A program made the position numbers and the translations under genes. A stretch of 64,000 bases of DNA, from positions 544,001 through 608,000 of the forward strand of contig CAWFFN010000007.1 in the NCBI GenBank assembly GCA_963815115.1. Reading direction: 5' to 3'. Positions 25,493 through 37,828 of the stretch are shown piece by piece. Source of the stretch: an uncultured delta proteobacterium (GTDB lineage Bacteria; Desulfobacterota; Binatia; DP-6). Each line of letters begins with the position of its first letter. The first letter of the stretch is position 1. The notes beneath the pieces were generated by a model. The model was not told the origin of the DNA. It searched no databases and was given only the letters and a program-made list of their open reading frames with translations.

Positions 25493-26299
25493 TCATTCGC
25501 CTTCGGGGGCGACCGCGCATCTCAGGCTGCCCGCGGCCAGCATCTCGACGAGCGCCTCGTGCAGGTGCCCGTTCGAGGCGGCCGTCTCGACGCCGGTCAG
25601 CGAGTGCGACTCGCCGGCGAATCCGGTAATGCGGCCGCCGGCCTCCTCGACGATCAGCCGGCCCGCGGCCGTGTCCCACGGAGCGAGGCCCCGCTCCCAG
25701 TAGACGTCGATGCGCCCGCAGGCGACGTAGCACAGGTCGAGCGCCGCCGAGCCGCTCCGGCGCACGCAGCGCGTGCGCTCGAGGGCCACCTCGAGGAAGC
25801 GGGCGTAGTCCCGGGCACGCTCGCGCCGGTCGGAAGGGAATCCGGTCGCCGCCAGGGCATTGCCCAGCGCGGTCACGTCCGAGACCCCGATGGCGCGCCC
25901 GTTGAGCTGTGCGCCGCCTCCGCGCTGCGCGCTGAAGGTCTCGCGCCGGAGCGGATCGTGCACCAGGCCGAGGACGACGTCGCCCGCGTGCTCCAGCGCG
26001 ACGCAGACGGCGCAGTGCGGGTAGCCGTGCGCGAAGTTGGTGGTGCCGTCGAGCGGGTCGACGTACCACCGGTAGTCGCTGCGCGCGGGCACCGGCGGCG
26101 ACTCCTCGGACACGATCCCGTGATCCGGGAAGGCGGCGCGCAGCGCACCCACGATCAGCAGCTCGGCCTCGCGATCGGTCACCGTGACGATGTCGGTCGC
26201 GGTCTTGAACGCCACCGCGTGACGGCCCCCGAACCGTGCCCGTATCAGCCCTCCGGCGCGGGCGATGGCAGCGCGGGCTACCCGCTCGAACCGCCGCAC
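25493..26299 (-). CDS. suhB: inositol monophosphatase
   Basis: VDPLDGTTNFAHG, RRSGSAALDLCYVACG, PWDTAAG. Confidence 0.92.
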   Translation of the reverse strand: MRRFERVARAAIARAGGLIRARFGGRHAVAFKTATDIVTVTDREAELLIVGALRAAFPDHGIVSEESPPVPARSDYRWYVDPLDGTTNFAHGYPHCAVCVALEHAGDVVLGLVHDPLRRETFSAQRGGGAQLNGRAIGVSDVTALGNALAATGFPSDRRERARDYARFLEVALERTRCVRRSGSAALDLCYVACGRIDVYWERGLAPWDTAAGRLIVEEAGGRITGFAGESHSLTGVETAASNGHLHEALVEMLAAGSLRCAVAPEGE

Positions 26300-26349
26300 G
26301 GGCGTGCTCTAGCATGGGCCTCGACCCCGGGCAATTTCCGTCGTCCGTG

Positions 26350-26378
26350 TTGACATCACGGGGACCGGAAACTACTCT
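26350..26378 (+). promoter_or_regulatory. sigma70 promoter for the tRNA-Gln-prs operon
   Basis: TTGACA, 17 bp spacer, TACTCT. Confidence 0.7.
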
Positions 26379-26421
26379 GCGGCGTTTCCGAAGGGTCGGT
26401 CTTGAGCTGACGAGGAGGCCT

Positions 26422-26493
26422 TGGGCGGTAGCCAAGCTGGCAAGGCACCGGACTTTGGATCCGGCAGCGAAGGTTCGACTCCTTCCCGCCCAA
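26422..26493 (+). tRNA. tRNA-Gln(TTG)
   Basis: TGGGCGG/CCGCCCA acceptor stem; anticodon arm CCGGA-CTTTGGA-TCCGG; usual position upstream of prs. Confidence 0.93.
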
Positions 26494-26522
26494 CTCGAGG
26501 AGATGGAGGCGCGGCGCGCTCG

Positions 26523-27467
26523 GTGAAGGACGAGATCAAGCTGTTCACGGGGAATTCGAACCGCCCGCTGGCGGAGGCGATCAGCCGTGACGTCGGGGTT
26601 CCGCTGGGTGGGGCCGAGATCGGCCGCTTCAGCGATGGCGAGGTGCAGGTCGAGATCACCGAGAACGTCCGCGGTGGCGACGTCTTCGTGATCCAGTCCA
26701 TCTCCACGCCGACCAACGACAACCTGATGGAGCTTCTCCTGATGCTCGATGCCTTCAAGCGCGCATCGGCAAAGCGCATCACGGCGGTGATCCCGTACTA
26801 CGGCTACGCACGCCAGGACCGCAAGGTGGCGCCCCGCGTGCCGATCAGCGCCAAGCTGGTGGCCGATCTGATCACCACGGCCGGGGCGGCTCGCGTGCTC
26901 ACCGTCGACCTCCACGCCGGGCAGATCCAGGGCTTCTTCGACGTGCCCGTCGACAACGTGTACGCCACGCCGGTCCTCCTCCAGTACCTGCGCGATCGGC
27001 TGGGAGACCGCGACGTCACCGTCATCGCGCCGGACGCCGGCGGCGTCGAGCGCGCGCGGGCCTTCGCCAAGCGCCTCGACGCCAATCTCGCAATCATCGA
27101 CAAGCGCCGCATCCGCCCCAACGTGGTGGCCGAGATGCAGATCATCGGCGAGGTCGACGGGCGCGCGGCGGTGATCGTCGACGACATGGTCGACACCGCG
27201 GGCACCCTGTGCACGGCCGCGGGTGCCGTGCGGGCGGCGGGAGCGCCCACCGTGCTAGCCTGCGCCACGCACGCCGTGCTCTCGGGTCCGGCGGTCTCCC
27301 GGCTCGCCGAGTCCACCATCGACGAGCTGGTGGTCACCGACACCATCCCGCTCGCCGCCGAGGCGCGGCGCCTCGACAAGATCACCGTCCTTCCCGTGTC
27401 GGCCCTCCTCGCCGAGGCCATCCGCCGTACCCACGAGGAAGCGTCGATCAGCTCGCTGTTCGTCTGA
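26523..27467 (+). CDS. prs: ribose-phosphate pyrophosphokinase
   Basis: RFSDGE, YYGYARQDRK, DLHAGQIQGFF, VDDMVDTAGT. Confidence 0.97.
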   Translation: MKDEIKLFTGNSNRPLAEAISRDVGVPLGGAEIGRFSDGEVQVEITENVRGGDVFVIQSISTPTNDNLMELLLMLDAFKRASAKRITAVIPYYGYARQDRKVAPRVPISAKLVADLITTAGAARVLTVDLHAGQIQGFFDVPVDNVYATPVLLQYLRDRLGDRDVTVIAPDAGGVERARAFAKRLDANLAIIDKRRIRPNVVAEMQIIGEVDGRAAVIVDDMVDTAGTLCTAAGAVRAAGAPTVLACATHAVLSGPAVSRLAESTIDELVVTDTIPLAAEARRLDKITVLPVSALLAEAIRRTHEEASISSLFV

Positions 27468-27477
27468 GGGAGTCGTC

Positions 27478-28149
27478 ATGGAAACGGTCGAGATCAGCGT
27501 CGAGCGCCGGACGGCGACGGGGAAGGGGGCCGTGCGCAAGCTGCGCGCGGCGGGGCAGGTGCCCGCCGTCCTCTACGGGCCGAAGCGGAGCGCCGCGCAC
27601 GTCACCATCGATGCGGAGCAGTTCGAGCACCGGCTCGGCCATCTCGAGGGCTCGCACCTCATCCGCGTCCTGCACGCCGGTGGGACCGACGCCGAGCTGC
27701 ACGAGCGCATGGTGCTGCTCCGGGAGATGCAGCGGCATCCCGTGACGGGGCGGGTGCTGCACGCGGACTTCTACGAGGTCGATCTCACCGAGCGCATCGC
27801 CGTGTCCATTCCGATCCACTACGTCGGCAAGGCGGTCGGCGTGGTCGGCGGTGGCATCCTGCAGCCGATCCTGCGCGAGCTCGAGGTCGAGTGCCTGCCC
27901 ACCGAGATTCCCGAGTTCGTCGAGGTGGACGTGACGCCGCTCGGCATCCACGAGGCCGTTCACGTGTCGGATCTGAAGCTCCCGGAGGGCGTCGTGCCCG
28001 TCGGGGAATCGACCCGGACGCTCGTGACGGTGCTGCCGCCGACGGTCGAGGCCAAGCCCGCGGAGGCCGCCGAAGCGGCACCGGAGGCGGCGGCAGCCGA
28101 GGGCGCCGCGGCGCCCGAAGCGCCGGCCCCGAAGGAGAAGGAAGGCTGA
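27478..28149 (+). CDS. rplY: 50S ribosomal protein bL25/Ctc (long form)
   Basis: GKGAVRKLR..GQVPAVLYG, QRHPVTG..LHADF, Ala/Glu-rich tail. Confidence 0.94.
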   Translation: METVEISVERRTATGKGAVRKLRAAGQVPAVLYGPKRSAAHVTIDAEQFEHRLGHLEGSHLIRVLHAGGTDAELHERMVLLREMQRHPVTGRVLHADFYEVDLTERIAVSIPIHYVGKAVGVVGGGILQPILRELEVECLPTEIPEFVEVDVTPLGIHEAVHVSDLKLPEGVVPVGESTRTLVTVLPPTVEAKPAEAAEAAPEAAAAEGAAAPEAPAPKEKEG

Positions 28150-28154
28150 TCCCC

Positions 28155-28748
28155 GTGCGGATGGTCGTCGGCCTCGGCAATCCCGGTCCGCGCTACGAGC
28201 ACACCCGGCACAACGCCGGGTTCGCGGTCGTGGACCGGCTCGCCCGCCGCTGGGGGGTCACCGTCGATCGGCCCGCCGAACGAGCGCTGATCGGCGCCGG
28301 CCGGCGGAGCGGCGAGCCCGTCCTGCTCGCCAAGCCGCAGACCTTCATGAACGCCTCGGGCGAGGCCGTGGCGCGGCTGTGTCGGACCAACGGCGTCGGC
28401 CTGGCCGATCTCATCCTCGTTCACGACGACGTCGACGTCGGCTCCGGACGCGTCAGGCTGCGACTCGGCGGCGGCGACGGGGGCAACCGCGGGGTCGAGT
28501 CGGTCATCGAGGCCCTGGGCAGTCCCGAATTTCTCCGCGTGAAGGTCGGCGTCGGCCGTCCGCCCGAGGGGGTGGACACGGCCGATCACGTGCTCGCCGA
28601 GGTCGTCGGCACCGACGATCGGCGCCTGCTCGACGCGGCGTGCGACACCGCCGCCGAGGCGGTCGATCTGGTGCTCGAGCAGGGCACCACGCGCGCCATG
28701 AATCGCATCAACCAACGGGAGGCAGTGCATGGCGGAGCGCCGCTATGA
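28155..28748 (+). CDS. pth: peptidyl-tRNA hydrolase
   Basis: VVGLGNPGPRYEHTRHNAGF, KPQTFMNASG, HDDVD, RVKVGVGRP. Confidence 0.94.
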   Translation: MRMVVGLGNPGPRYEHTRHNAGFAVVDRLARRWGVTVDRPAERALIGAGRRSGEPVLLAKPQTFMNASGEAVARLCRTNGVGLADLILVHDDVDVGSGRVRLRLGGGDGGNRGVESVIEALGSPEFLRVKVGVGRPPEGVDTADHVLAEVVGTDDRRLLDAACDTAAEAVDLVLEQGTTRAMNRINQREAVHGGAPL

Positions 28749-29127
28749 AACGGTCGTACTGATTCATCTGGAGCAGGGCGAGGCTGGCTCGAAGGAGCTG
28801 ACGGCCCGCATCCAGAAGCTGATCGAGGAGCAGGGCGGGACCGTGAGCCAGGTGCAGGACTGGGGCCTGCGCGACCTCGCCTATCTCGTCGCCAAGCAAC
28901 GCCGGGCGTTCTACGTGCTGTTCGAGTACCGGGCCACCCCCAAGGCGTTGCAGGAGATCGAACGCAACCTCACCCTCATGGATCCGGTCCTGCGCTTCAT
29001 CTCGGTCCGGCAGGCGGAAAATGCGCCGCCCGCCGCCCTGCGCCCGACCCGGCGCCCCGAGCGCGAGGAGACCGAGTTCGAGGAGGGCGGCGACGTCGAG
29101 CAGATGAACGAAGGGGAGAGCTCCTGA
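28729..29127 (+). CDS. rpsF: 30S ribosomal protein bS6
   Basis: [18 protein letters not shown], acidic tail. Confidence 0.92.
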   Translation: MAERRYETVVLIHLEQGEAGSKELTARIQKLIEEQGGTVSQVQDWGLRDLAYLVAKQRRAFYVLFEYRATPKALQEIERNLTLMDPVLRFISVRQAENAPPAALRPTRRPEREETEFEEGGDVEQMNEGESS

Positions 29128-29128
29128 C

Positions 29129-29389
29129 ATGGCACGCGAACGCTCATCTCCCCGCACACCGCGACGTCGCGGCATGGGCCGCCGCAAGGTCTGCCGCTTC
29201 TGCGCCGACAAGACCATGCTCATCGACTACAAGGACGCGCGCACGCTCGGCACCTTCCTGAGCGAGCGCGGCAAGATCATCCCGGCACGGATCACCGGCA
29301 CCTGCGCGCGTCACCAGCGGCGGCTCACCGTGGCCGTCAAGCAGGCGCGTACGGTGGCGCTGCTGCCCTACACCACGGCCTACCCCTAG
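29129..29389 (+). CDS. rpsR: 30S ribosomal protein bS18 (zinc-binding C+ type)
   Basis: [32 protein letters not shown]. Confidence 0.96.
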   Translation: MARERSSPRTPRRRGMGRRKVCRFCADKTMLIDYKDARTLGTFLSERGKIIPARITGTCARHQRRLTVAVKQARTVALLPYTTAYP

Positions 29390-29407
29390 GCCACGAGGAG
29401 ACCGTTC

Positions 29408-29872
29408 ATGGCCGTCGAGGTCATCCTGCGAGACGACGTCCCCAACCTCGGTCACATCGGCGAGGTGGTTCGCGTCAAGCCCGGCTACGCCCGCAACTAC
29501 CTTCTTCCCCGCGGCCTCGCCATCGAGGCCAACAGCAAGAACCTGCGCGTCCTCGAACACCAGAAGCGCATCATCGGCGCCAAGGCGGAGCGCGACCGCA
29601 AGGACGCGCAGGGCCACGCCACGCGGCTCGAAGGACTCGAGCTGCGCGTGCAGGCCCGGGTGGGCGAGGAGGGGAGGCTGTTCGGCTCGGTGACCAATCT
29701 CGACGTCGAGCGCCTGCTCGCCGCCAAGGGGTTCCAGATCGATCGGCGGCGCATCCAGCTCGCGGAGCCGATCAAGCAGCTGGGAACCTATCCGGTGCCG
29801 GTCCAGCTCGGCCGCGACGTCCGGGCCACCATCCAGGTCGTCGTGGAAGCGCAGGAGACCGAGCCCGCCTGA
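29408..29872 (+). CDS. rplI: 50S ribosomal protein bL9
   Basis: VKPGYARNYLLP, GRLFGSVT. Confidence 0.96.
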   Translation: MAVEVILRDDVPNLGHIGEVVRVKPGYARNYLLPRGLAIEANSKNLRVLEHQKRIIGAKAERDRKDAQGHATRLEGLELRVQARVGEEGRLFGSVTNLDVERLLAAKGFQIDRRRIQLAEPIKQLGTYPVPVQLGRDVRATIQVVVEAQETEPA

Positions 29873-29889
29873 GCGGCGCGACGACCCCC

Positions 29890-32234
<2,345 letters not shown>

Positions 32235-33140
32235 TCACCCGGGCGTGGGCCGGCGATGCAGCGCGAGCGCCTGACGGAACGCGGCGCCGGCCACGACCAG
32301 CTCGCGCGGGTGGGCGTGCAGCCAGGCGGCCATCCAGTGCCGCCAGGCGATGCGATAGAGGTGGCGGCGCTCGCGCTCGCGGAACCAGCGCTCGCCGAGC
32401 TCCGCCAGCACCTCGGGGTGACGCTCGCGCAGGCGGCGCATGACGGCGACCATGCCTTCCCGGAGCGCGAGCCGGTCGCGTGTCTGGTTCGCCCCGTGCA
32501 GGCGATAGCGGAACACCGGCACGTCGACGAAGACCGTCCGACCGGTCAGCGCCAGGCGACAGGTCAGCTCGAGATCGGCGTGGCGGGGCAGGGTAACGTC
32601 GATCCCGCCGGCGCCGTCCAGCGCCGCTCGCCGGATCAGCGCCGCCTGGAGGAACACCGGCAGGCGGTCGCACACGACCTCCCGGACCCCGAAGGAGCGG
32701 CCGTCGAGGCGACGCGCGAGCGCGACGGGCACCAGCGGTGCGACATCGGGTGACCCGTCGGCTTCCACCAGTCCGTTCGCATAGACCGCACCGGCTTCGG
32801 GATGCGCCTCCAGGAAGCGCGCCAGGATCCCGAGACGACCCGGCAGCATGAGATCGTCCGAGTCGTGGAAGGCGAGCAGGGCGCCGCGCGCCCGCTCGAC
32901 GCCCGCCTGCCGCGCCCGGGCGACGCCGCCGTTGCGCGCGAGGCGGACCACCCGCACGTCGCGGCGGGACGAGAGCACGCCGGCCGTGGCGTCGGTCGAG
33001 GCGTCGTCCACCACCACGACCTCGAAGCTCGGGCACTCGCGCTGCGCGATCACCGAATCGAGCACCTCGGGGAGCAGGTGCGCGCGATCGAAGGTCGGGA
33101 TGATGACGGAAATCGCCGGCACTGCGAGCCCCGAGAGCAT
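32235..33140 (-). CDS. glycosyltransferase family 2
   Basis: ISVIIPTFDR, VVDDASTD, AFHDSDD (DxD), YRLHGAN. Confidence 0.9.
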   Translation of the reverse strand: MLSGLAVPAISVIIPTFDRAHLLPEVLDSVIAQRECPSFEVVVVDDASTDATAGVLSSRRDVRVVRLARNGGVARARQAGVERARGALLAFHDSDDLMLPGRLGILARFLEAHPEAGAVYANGLVEADGSPDVAPLVPVALARRLDGRSFGVREVVCDRLPVFLQAALIRRAALDGAGGIDVTLPRHADLELTCRLALTGRTVFVDVPVFRYRLHGANQTRDRLALREGMVAVMRRLRERHPEVLAELGERWFRERERRHLYRIAWRHWMAAWLHAHPRELVVAGAAFRQALALHRRPTPG

Positions 33141-33200
33141 CCCCGGCGCAGCCTGTAGCGAACTACGTCGCGCCCGTCCAGGGTCGAGAGCGGGTCTGCA

Positions 33201-35106
33201 TCACTGGACGTAGCCGAGCGCCCGCAGCCGTCGGCGCTGATCGTCGTCGAGCGGCGCGCCGGAAGCGGGAACGACGCCCTCGGGCGTGACGCGCAGGCCC
33301 ACGATGCGCAGGCCCTGGGCCGCGCCGGGCGCGATGTCGACGCGCAGCCGGCCCGCGCTGGCGCGAGCGGTCCCGATCGGGACGAAGGTCGTGGCGCCCG
33401 TCCTTGGCGAAGCTCGTCCTGCGCCAGCTCGCGAAGCCGATCAGCCAGGGCATGCGTGCAACCGGCACCGATGCCAGCTCGACGACGTAGCCGCCGTCCG
33501 GCAGGTCCACCGTTGCGGCCAGGGACGGCGCGCCGTCGCGCTCGAGGAGGGCCAGGCCGTGCTCGGTCCACAGCCAGCCCGGTGCACGCAACGCGGACGC
33601 CGGGGTGTCGCCGTTCACCGGGACGCATGCGACCGCCGGGTCGTCCTCCACGCTCCAGAACTCCGGGCGCAGGACGACGCTCGACGTCGGCGTGCCATAG
33701 CGGCCGGAGAGGAAGGTGCGCCGGGGCGCGTCGAGGCGCCGGTGGAGATGCCGGCGGAGGCGCTCCGCGACGGGCGTCGCGGGCGCGAGGGCTCGCCGTC
33801 GGTCGTCCAGGGCGAAGAGCTGGTCGGCGCCATCGCAGCGCGCCCGGAAGGAGCCCGGGAGATTCTCTCGCAGGAGATGGCGCCGGGCGCGAATGGCCCG
33901 GTAGTCCTCCCAGGCATAGAAGGCGGCGAGCTTGCCGCACGATGGGCAGGCCGAGCCGTCGGCGGCGAGCTGGGCCCGGCCGTCGACCCGCGTGCCGGGG
34001 GGGAGCGGCTCGTCCAGGCGCGCCAGCAAGGTGGGCATGACGTCGATGTTCTCCGTCAGCTGGTTCACCACCTGACCGGGGCGGATGCCCGCGCCCGCCA
34101 TGATCCAGGGCACGTGCTGCACCGTGTCCGTCAGGGAGTCGTCGTGCCCGATGCGGCCGTCCTCGGCCAGCTCCTCGCCATGATCGGCGACCACCACGAC
34201 GACCGTGCGCGCCAGACCAGGGTCGTCGGCACGCAGGGCAGCGAAGAGGCGGCCGAGCTGCTCGTCCATGAAGGCGAGCAGGGTGTCGTAGACCGCCGCG
34301 AAGTACCGCCGGTCGAGCTCGCTGAAGTCGCTGGCGTCGTAGCGGTTCCAGTCGCGGCGGGGGCGGTCGAACGCGGGCTCGCCGTCGGGGCGGAACCGCC
34401 GGTGCCAGTCGTAGCCCGGCACGGCGAAGCGCGGCTCGCCGGCGGGAAGGAAGCGCGGCATGTGCGCGTCCATGAAATGGAGGTAGAGGAACGTCGGCCG
34501 CGACCGGTCGCGCCGCTGCCAGGCAGCCACGCCGTGGTCCACCACCTCGGCGGCACCGGCATGCCCGCGACTGGCCGCGGCGGCGAGGAGCTCGAAGGTC
34601 TCGAAGCCCTTGCCGAGCGCGCTCTCGGGCGACACCCAGGGGTGCGAGCTCACGGCCACGGTCTGGAAACCCCGGGCGCGCAGCAGGGCCGGCAGGAGGA
34701 CCGCCGTCGGATCGTCGCGGCTGAACGGGAATTCCCGGGGATGGTCGTCCGGCGTGAACGCCCGCAGGATGTTCTGGTGGTAGTAGCGGCCGCTCATCAG
34801 CTGCGGCATCGACGGCCGGGTCGCATGGGCGTTCGCGAAGTGAGCCGCGAACCGGACCCCGGATGCCGCCAGGCCGTCCAGGTTGGGGCTGGTCGGATTC
34901 GGCCCTCCCCAGGCGCCCAGACGATCCGCCCGCGTCGTATCGAGCAGGATGAACACGACCGAGGGCGGGGCGGCCAGCACCGGGGCCGCGAGCAAGCAGG
35001 CGGCCAGCGCGAGCGGCCAGAGGCGGGCTCGGTCACGAACGGCGCGGGTTTGCGGGCACGGATCGAGCCCTGGACGAAAGTTTACATAACGTATCTTATC
35101 AGACAT
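33201..35106 (-). CDS. exported sulfatase-like (alkaline phosphatase superfamily) protein; single frameshift near 33398; start uncertain
   Basis: Signal peptide; ILLDTTRADRL, ATRPSMPQLMSG, YLHFMDAH, VADHGEEL, HVPWI; the shifted frame ends in the typical LRALGYVQ*. Confidence 0.82.
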
Positions 35107-35171
35107 TGGCCTCAAATTGGCCCGGGGTGCCCGGACCGGCGCCCGCCACGCGGCAGGCCGTCGCCAGGCGC

Positions 35172-35858
35172 CTAGTGAGCCGCCGCGACGTCGGCCGGTA
35201 TCTTGGTCTCGAGCAGCGCGCGGACGTAGCCGCCGGGCGATTCCTTGAGGATGGCGAGGTAGATCTCCCGGGCCTTGTCGGGCTGGCCGGCGAGCTCCTG
35301 CAGGCGAGCCATGGCGAGCTGCGCCTGCATGCGGAACGGGCCGTCGATCGCCGCGGCCTGCCCGTAGGCGTCGAGGGCGCCCGCCTTGTCCCCGCTGGCC
35401 TCCCGCGCGCCGGCCAGCCCATTCAGGGCCTCCTGGCGCAGGTACTCGGTCGGCGGCGAGGACGCGAGATACTCCGTGTAGGCGGTGGCCGCGCCGGCGG
35501 CGTCGCCCTGCCTGGCCAGGGCGTGACCGCGGTAGAGCGTTGCCAGCCGCCCGAACGACGTGCCGGGGTAGTCGCGGCCGAGCCCGGTGAATCCCTCCAC
35601 GGCGGGCGCGAACCGGGCAGCCTCGAAGTCGTTCAGGGCGGCCTGGAAGCGGGCTCCAGCCGCGGCCGACTGGCGGGCGCGGAACCAGCCGACGCCGAGG
35701 GACACCGTGGCCACGGCGAGCAGGGCCGCACCAACGCCCGCCAGCAGATTGCGGTGCGCCCGCGCCCACTCGGCGACCTGCCCGGTGAGCGTCTGAAACT
35801 CATCGGGCTCGCGCAGCGCCTTGCGGTTGATCTTCACTCGGGCCGCGGGGCGCGCCAT
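35172..35858 (-). CDS. YfgM-like membrane-anchored TPR protein
   Basis: RKALREPDEF N-terminus, one TM helix, then TPR-like helices. Confidence 0.8.
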   Translation of the reverse strand: MARPAARVKINRKALREPDEFQTLTGQVAEWARAHRNLLAGVGAALLAVATVSLGVGWFRARQSAAAGARFQAALNDFEAARFAPAVEGFTGLGRDYPGTSFGRLATLYRGHALARQGDAAGAATAYTEYLASSPPTEYLRQEALNGLAGAREASGDKAGALDAYGQAAAIDGPFRMQAQLAMARLQELAGQPDKAREIYLAILKESPGGYVRALLETKIPADVAAAH

Positions 35859-35860
35859 CG

Positions 35861-36376
35861 TCACATCTTGTACTTGAAGTCGTCCGGCGACATCTTCTCG
35901 AGGATCTCGGCCCACTTGTCGCGGGAGACGTTGGAGAGGTCCTGCTCCTTGCCCTCGTCGAGCTGCTGCAGGACGCTCGAGGCCTCGAGGACCGCCTTGG
36001 CGACGTAGATCGGGCTCTTCGTGCGCAGCGCCAGGCTGATCGCGTCGGACGGCCGCGAGTCGATCTGAAGCTGGCGGTCGCCGACGCGCACGTAGATCAG
36101 TGCGAAGTAGGTGTTCTCGCGCAGCTCGGTGACCTCGACCCACTCCACGACCGCCTCCAGCTCCTCGAGGATCGCGCGCAGGAGGTCGTGAGTCATCGGC
36201 CGGGCCATCTTGATGCCCTCGAGCTCGGTCGCCATCGACGTCGCCTCGAGCAGCCCGATCCAGATCGGCAGGTTCAGCTTGTTGTCGGGATCGCGAAGGA
36301 TGACGATCGGGGTCTTGGTCACCGGGTCCAGCGTCAGCCCCCCGACGGTCATGAGGATGAAATCGTCGCGATTCAT
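35861..36376 (-). CDS. bifunctional nuclease family (DUF151)
   Basis: LPIWIGLLEA, RPMTHDL, IDSRPSDAISLALR. Confidence 0.92.
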   Translation of the reverse strand: MNRDDFILMTVGGLTLDPVTKTPIVILRDPDNKLNLPIWIGLLEATSMATELEGIKMARPMTHDLLRAILEELEAVVEWVEVTELRENTYFALIYVRVGDRQLQIDSRPSDAISLALRTKSPIYVAKAVLEASSVLQQLDEGKEQDLSNVSRDKWAEILEKMSPDDFKYKM

Positions 36377-36414
36377 GCGTCCGGGATTCTGAAGCACCCT
36401 CGCCGGAACGTCAA

Positions 36415-37821
36415 TCAGACCGTGACCAGGCGGTCGATGACCCGGTAGAGCTGGTTCAGGTTCCGGCACTCCTCGACGACCGTGCAATACGGCGCGTAGC
36501 GGTCCATCTCGCTGTCGCCGAAGCCCCAGGTCATGCGGTTCTCGGGGTTGAGCCAGACGACCTGCTTCGCGCGTTGCTGCACGTCCTTCAGGACCCACTC
36601 GTGCGGCAGGTTGTAGTTGTTGCGGGCGTCGCCGAGGACGATCACCGTCGTGCGCTTGTTGACCGCCGCCAGGTGGTCGCGATGGAAGCTGCGGAACGCC
36701 CTGCCGAAGTCGGAATGGGCGTAGACGTTGATCAGGTTGCCGTGCAGCGCGGCGTCGAGGGCCTGGTTGGCATCGTACTCGGTGAAGAGCTGGGTCACCT
36801 CGCCGACCTCCGCGACGAAGATGAAGCTGCGCACCTTCGAGTAGAGGTCCTGGAGGGCGTAGACGAACTGGAGCATGAAGCGCGACACGTTGCGCACCGA
36901 GTCCGAGACGTCGCACAGGACCATCACCTGGGGCTTGTCCTTGCGCTTGCGGTCGAAGACGATGCGGAAGGGCACGCCGCCGTACTGGAGGTTGTGGCGC
37001 AGGGTCTCGCTCGAGTCGAAGCGGCCACGCTTGGCGCGCCGGCGCCGGACGGCGACCACGTTCTTGAGTCGCTGGGCGAGGCGGTTCACCGCCTCCTCCA
37101 TGCGCCGGATCTCCTCCTCGGTGAGGTAGAAAAAGCTCTTCTCCGCGAGGCTCTGCAGCCCCTGCCGGTCCTGGCGCTGGACGTCCTGTCGATCCAGCTC
37201 CTGGCGGACCAGGGCCTTCATCATGTCCTGGAGGTCGCGTAGCCGGCGGGCGAGATACTCGTCGAGCCGGCGGGCCACCTCGGGAGCCGTGCCGGCGAGG
37301 CCGCGGCGAAGCTGCTCGAGCTCCGCGCCGAGATCTCCCAGTCCGAGCGCGCTGGCCAGCGCGTGCGTGAAGCGCCCTTCCTGGAAGCCGTGCTCGATCT
37401 CGCCGAGCTGGGCCTGGCGCGCCGCCTCGCGCAGCATCTGCTCGAGACGTCCGCCGTCCGCACGCAGCAGGGCCTGCGCCAGCGGAGACAGCTCGATGCC
37501 CTGCTCCTTCAGCAGCTGCTCCAGCTCCTCCAGGAAGTGCTGGAAGTCCTCGTCATCGAGCCCGAGCGCCGCCTGGGTCGCCGCCGTGACCTCCCGGATC
37601 ACCTCGCCCATCCCGGAGAAGAAGAGCTCGAACAGGCGCTCGAAGGTCGGGAGATCGACGGCCCGCTTCACCGCGGTCGCGCGCAGCGCGGCGCGGACGA
37701 CCTCCCGGTCACCGAGCCCGACGGTGTCGAGCGCCCGGAATGCGTCCATGGTCTCGGCCAGCGACACCCGTACCCCGTTGCGGCGCAGGAGCCCGGTGAA
37801 CTCGACGACCTTCGCCTCCAT
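36415..37821 (-). CDS. VWA-domain CoxE-like protein
   Basis: FTGLLRRNGVRVS, MIDAS-like CDVSDSV, LGDARNNY, WLNPE. Confidence 0.88.
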   Translation of the reverse strand: MEAKVVEFTGLLRRNGVRVSLAETMDAFRALDTVGLGDREVVRAALRATAVKRAVDLPTFERLFELFFSGMGEVIREVTAATQAALGLDDEDFQHFLEELEQLLKEQGIELSPLAQALLRADGGRLEQMLREAARQAQLGEIEHGFQEGRFTHALASALGLGDLGAELEQLRRGLAGTAPEVARRLDEYLARRLRDLQDMMKALVRQELDRQDVQRQDRQGLQSLAEKSFFYLTEEEIRRMEEAVNRLAQRLKNVVAVRRRRAKRGRFDSSETLRHNLQYGGVPFRIVFDRKRKDKPQVMVLCDVSDSVRNVSRFMLQFVYALQDLYSKVRSFIFVAEVGEVTQLFTEYDANQALDAALHGNLINVYAHSDFGRAFRSFHRDHLAAVNKRTTVIVLGDARNNYNLPHEWVLKDVQQRAKQVVWLNPENRMTWGFGDSEMDRYAPYCTVVEECRNLNQLYRVIDRLVTV

Positions 37822-37828
37822 GCGCCGC

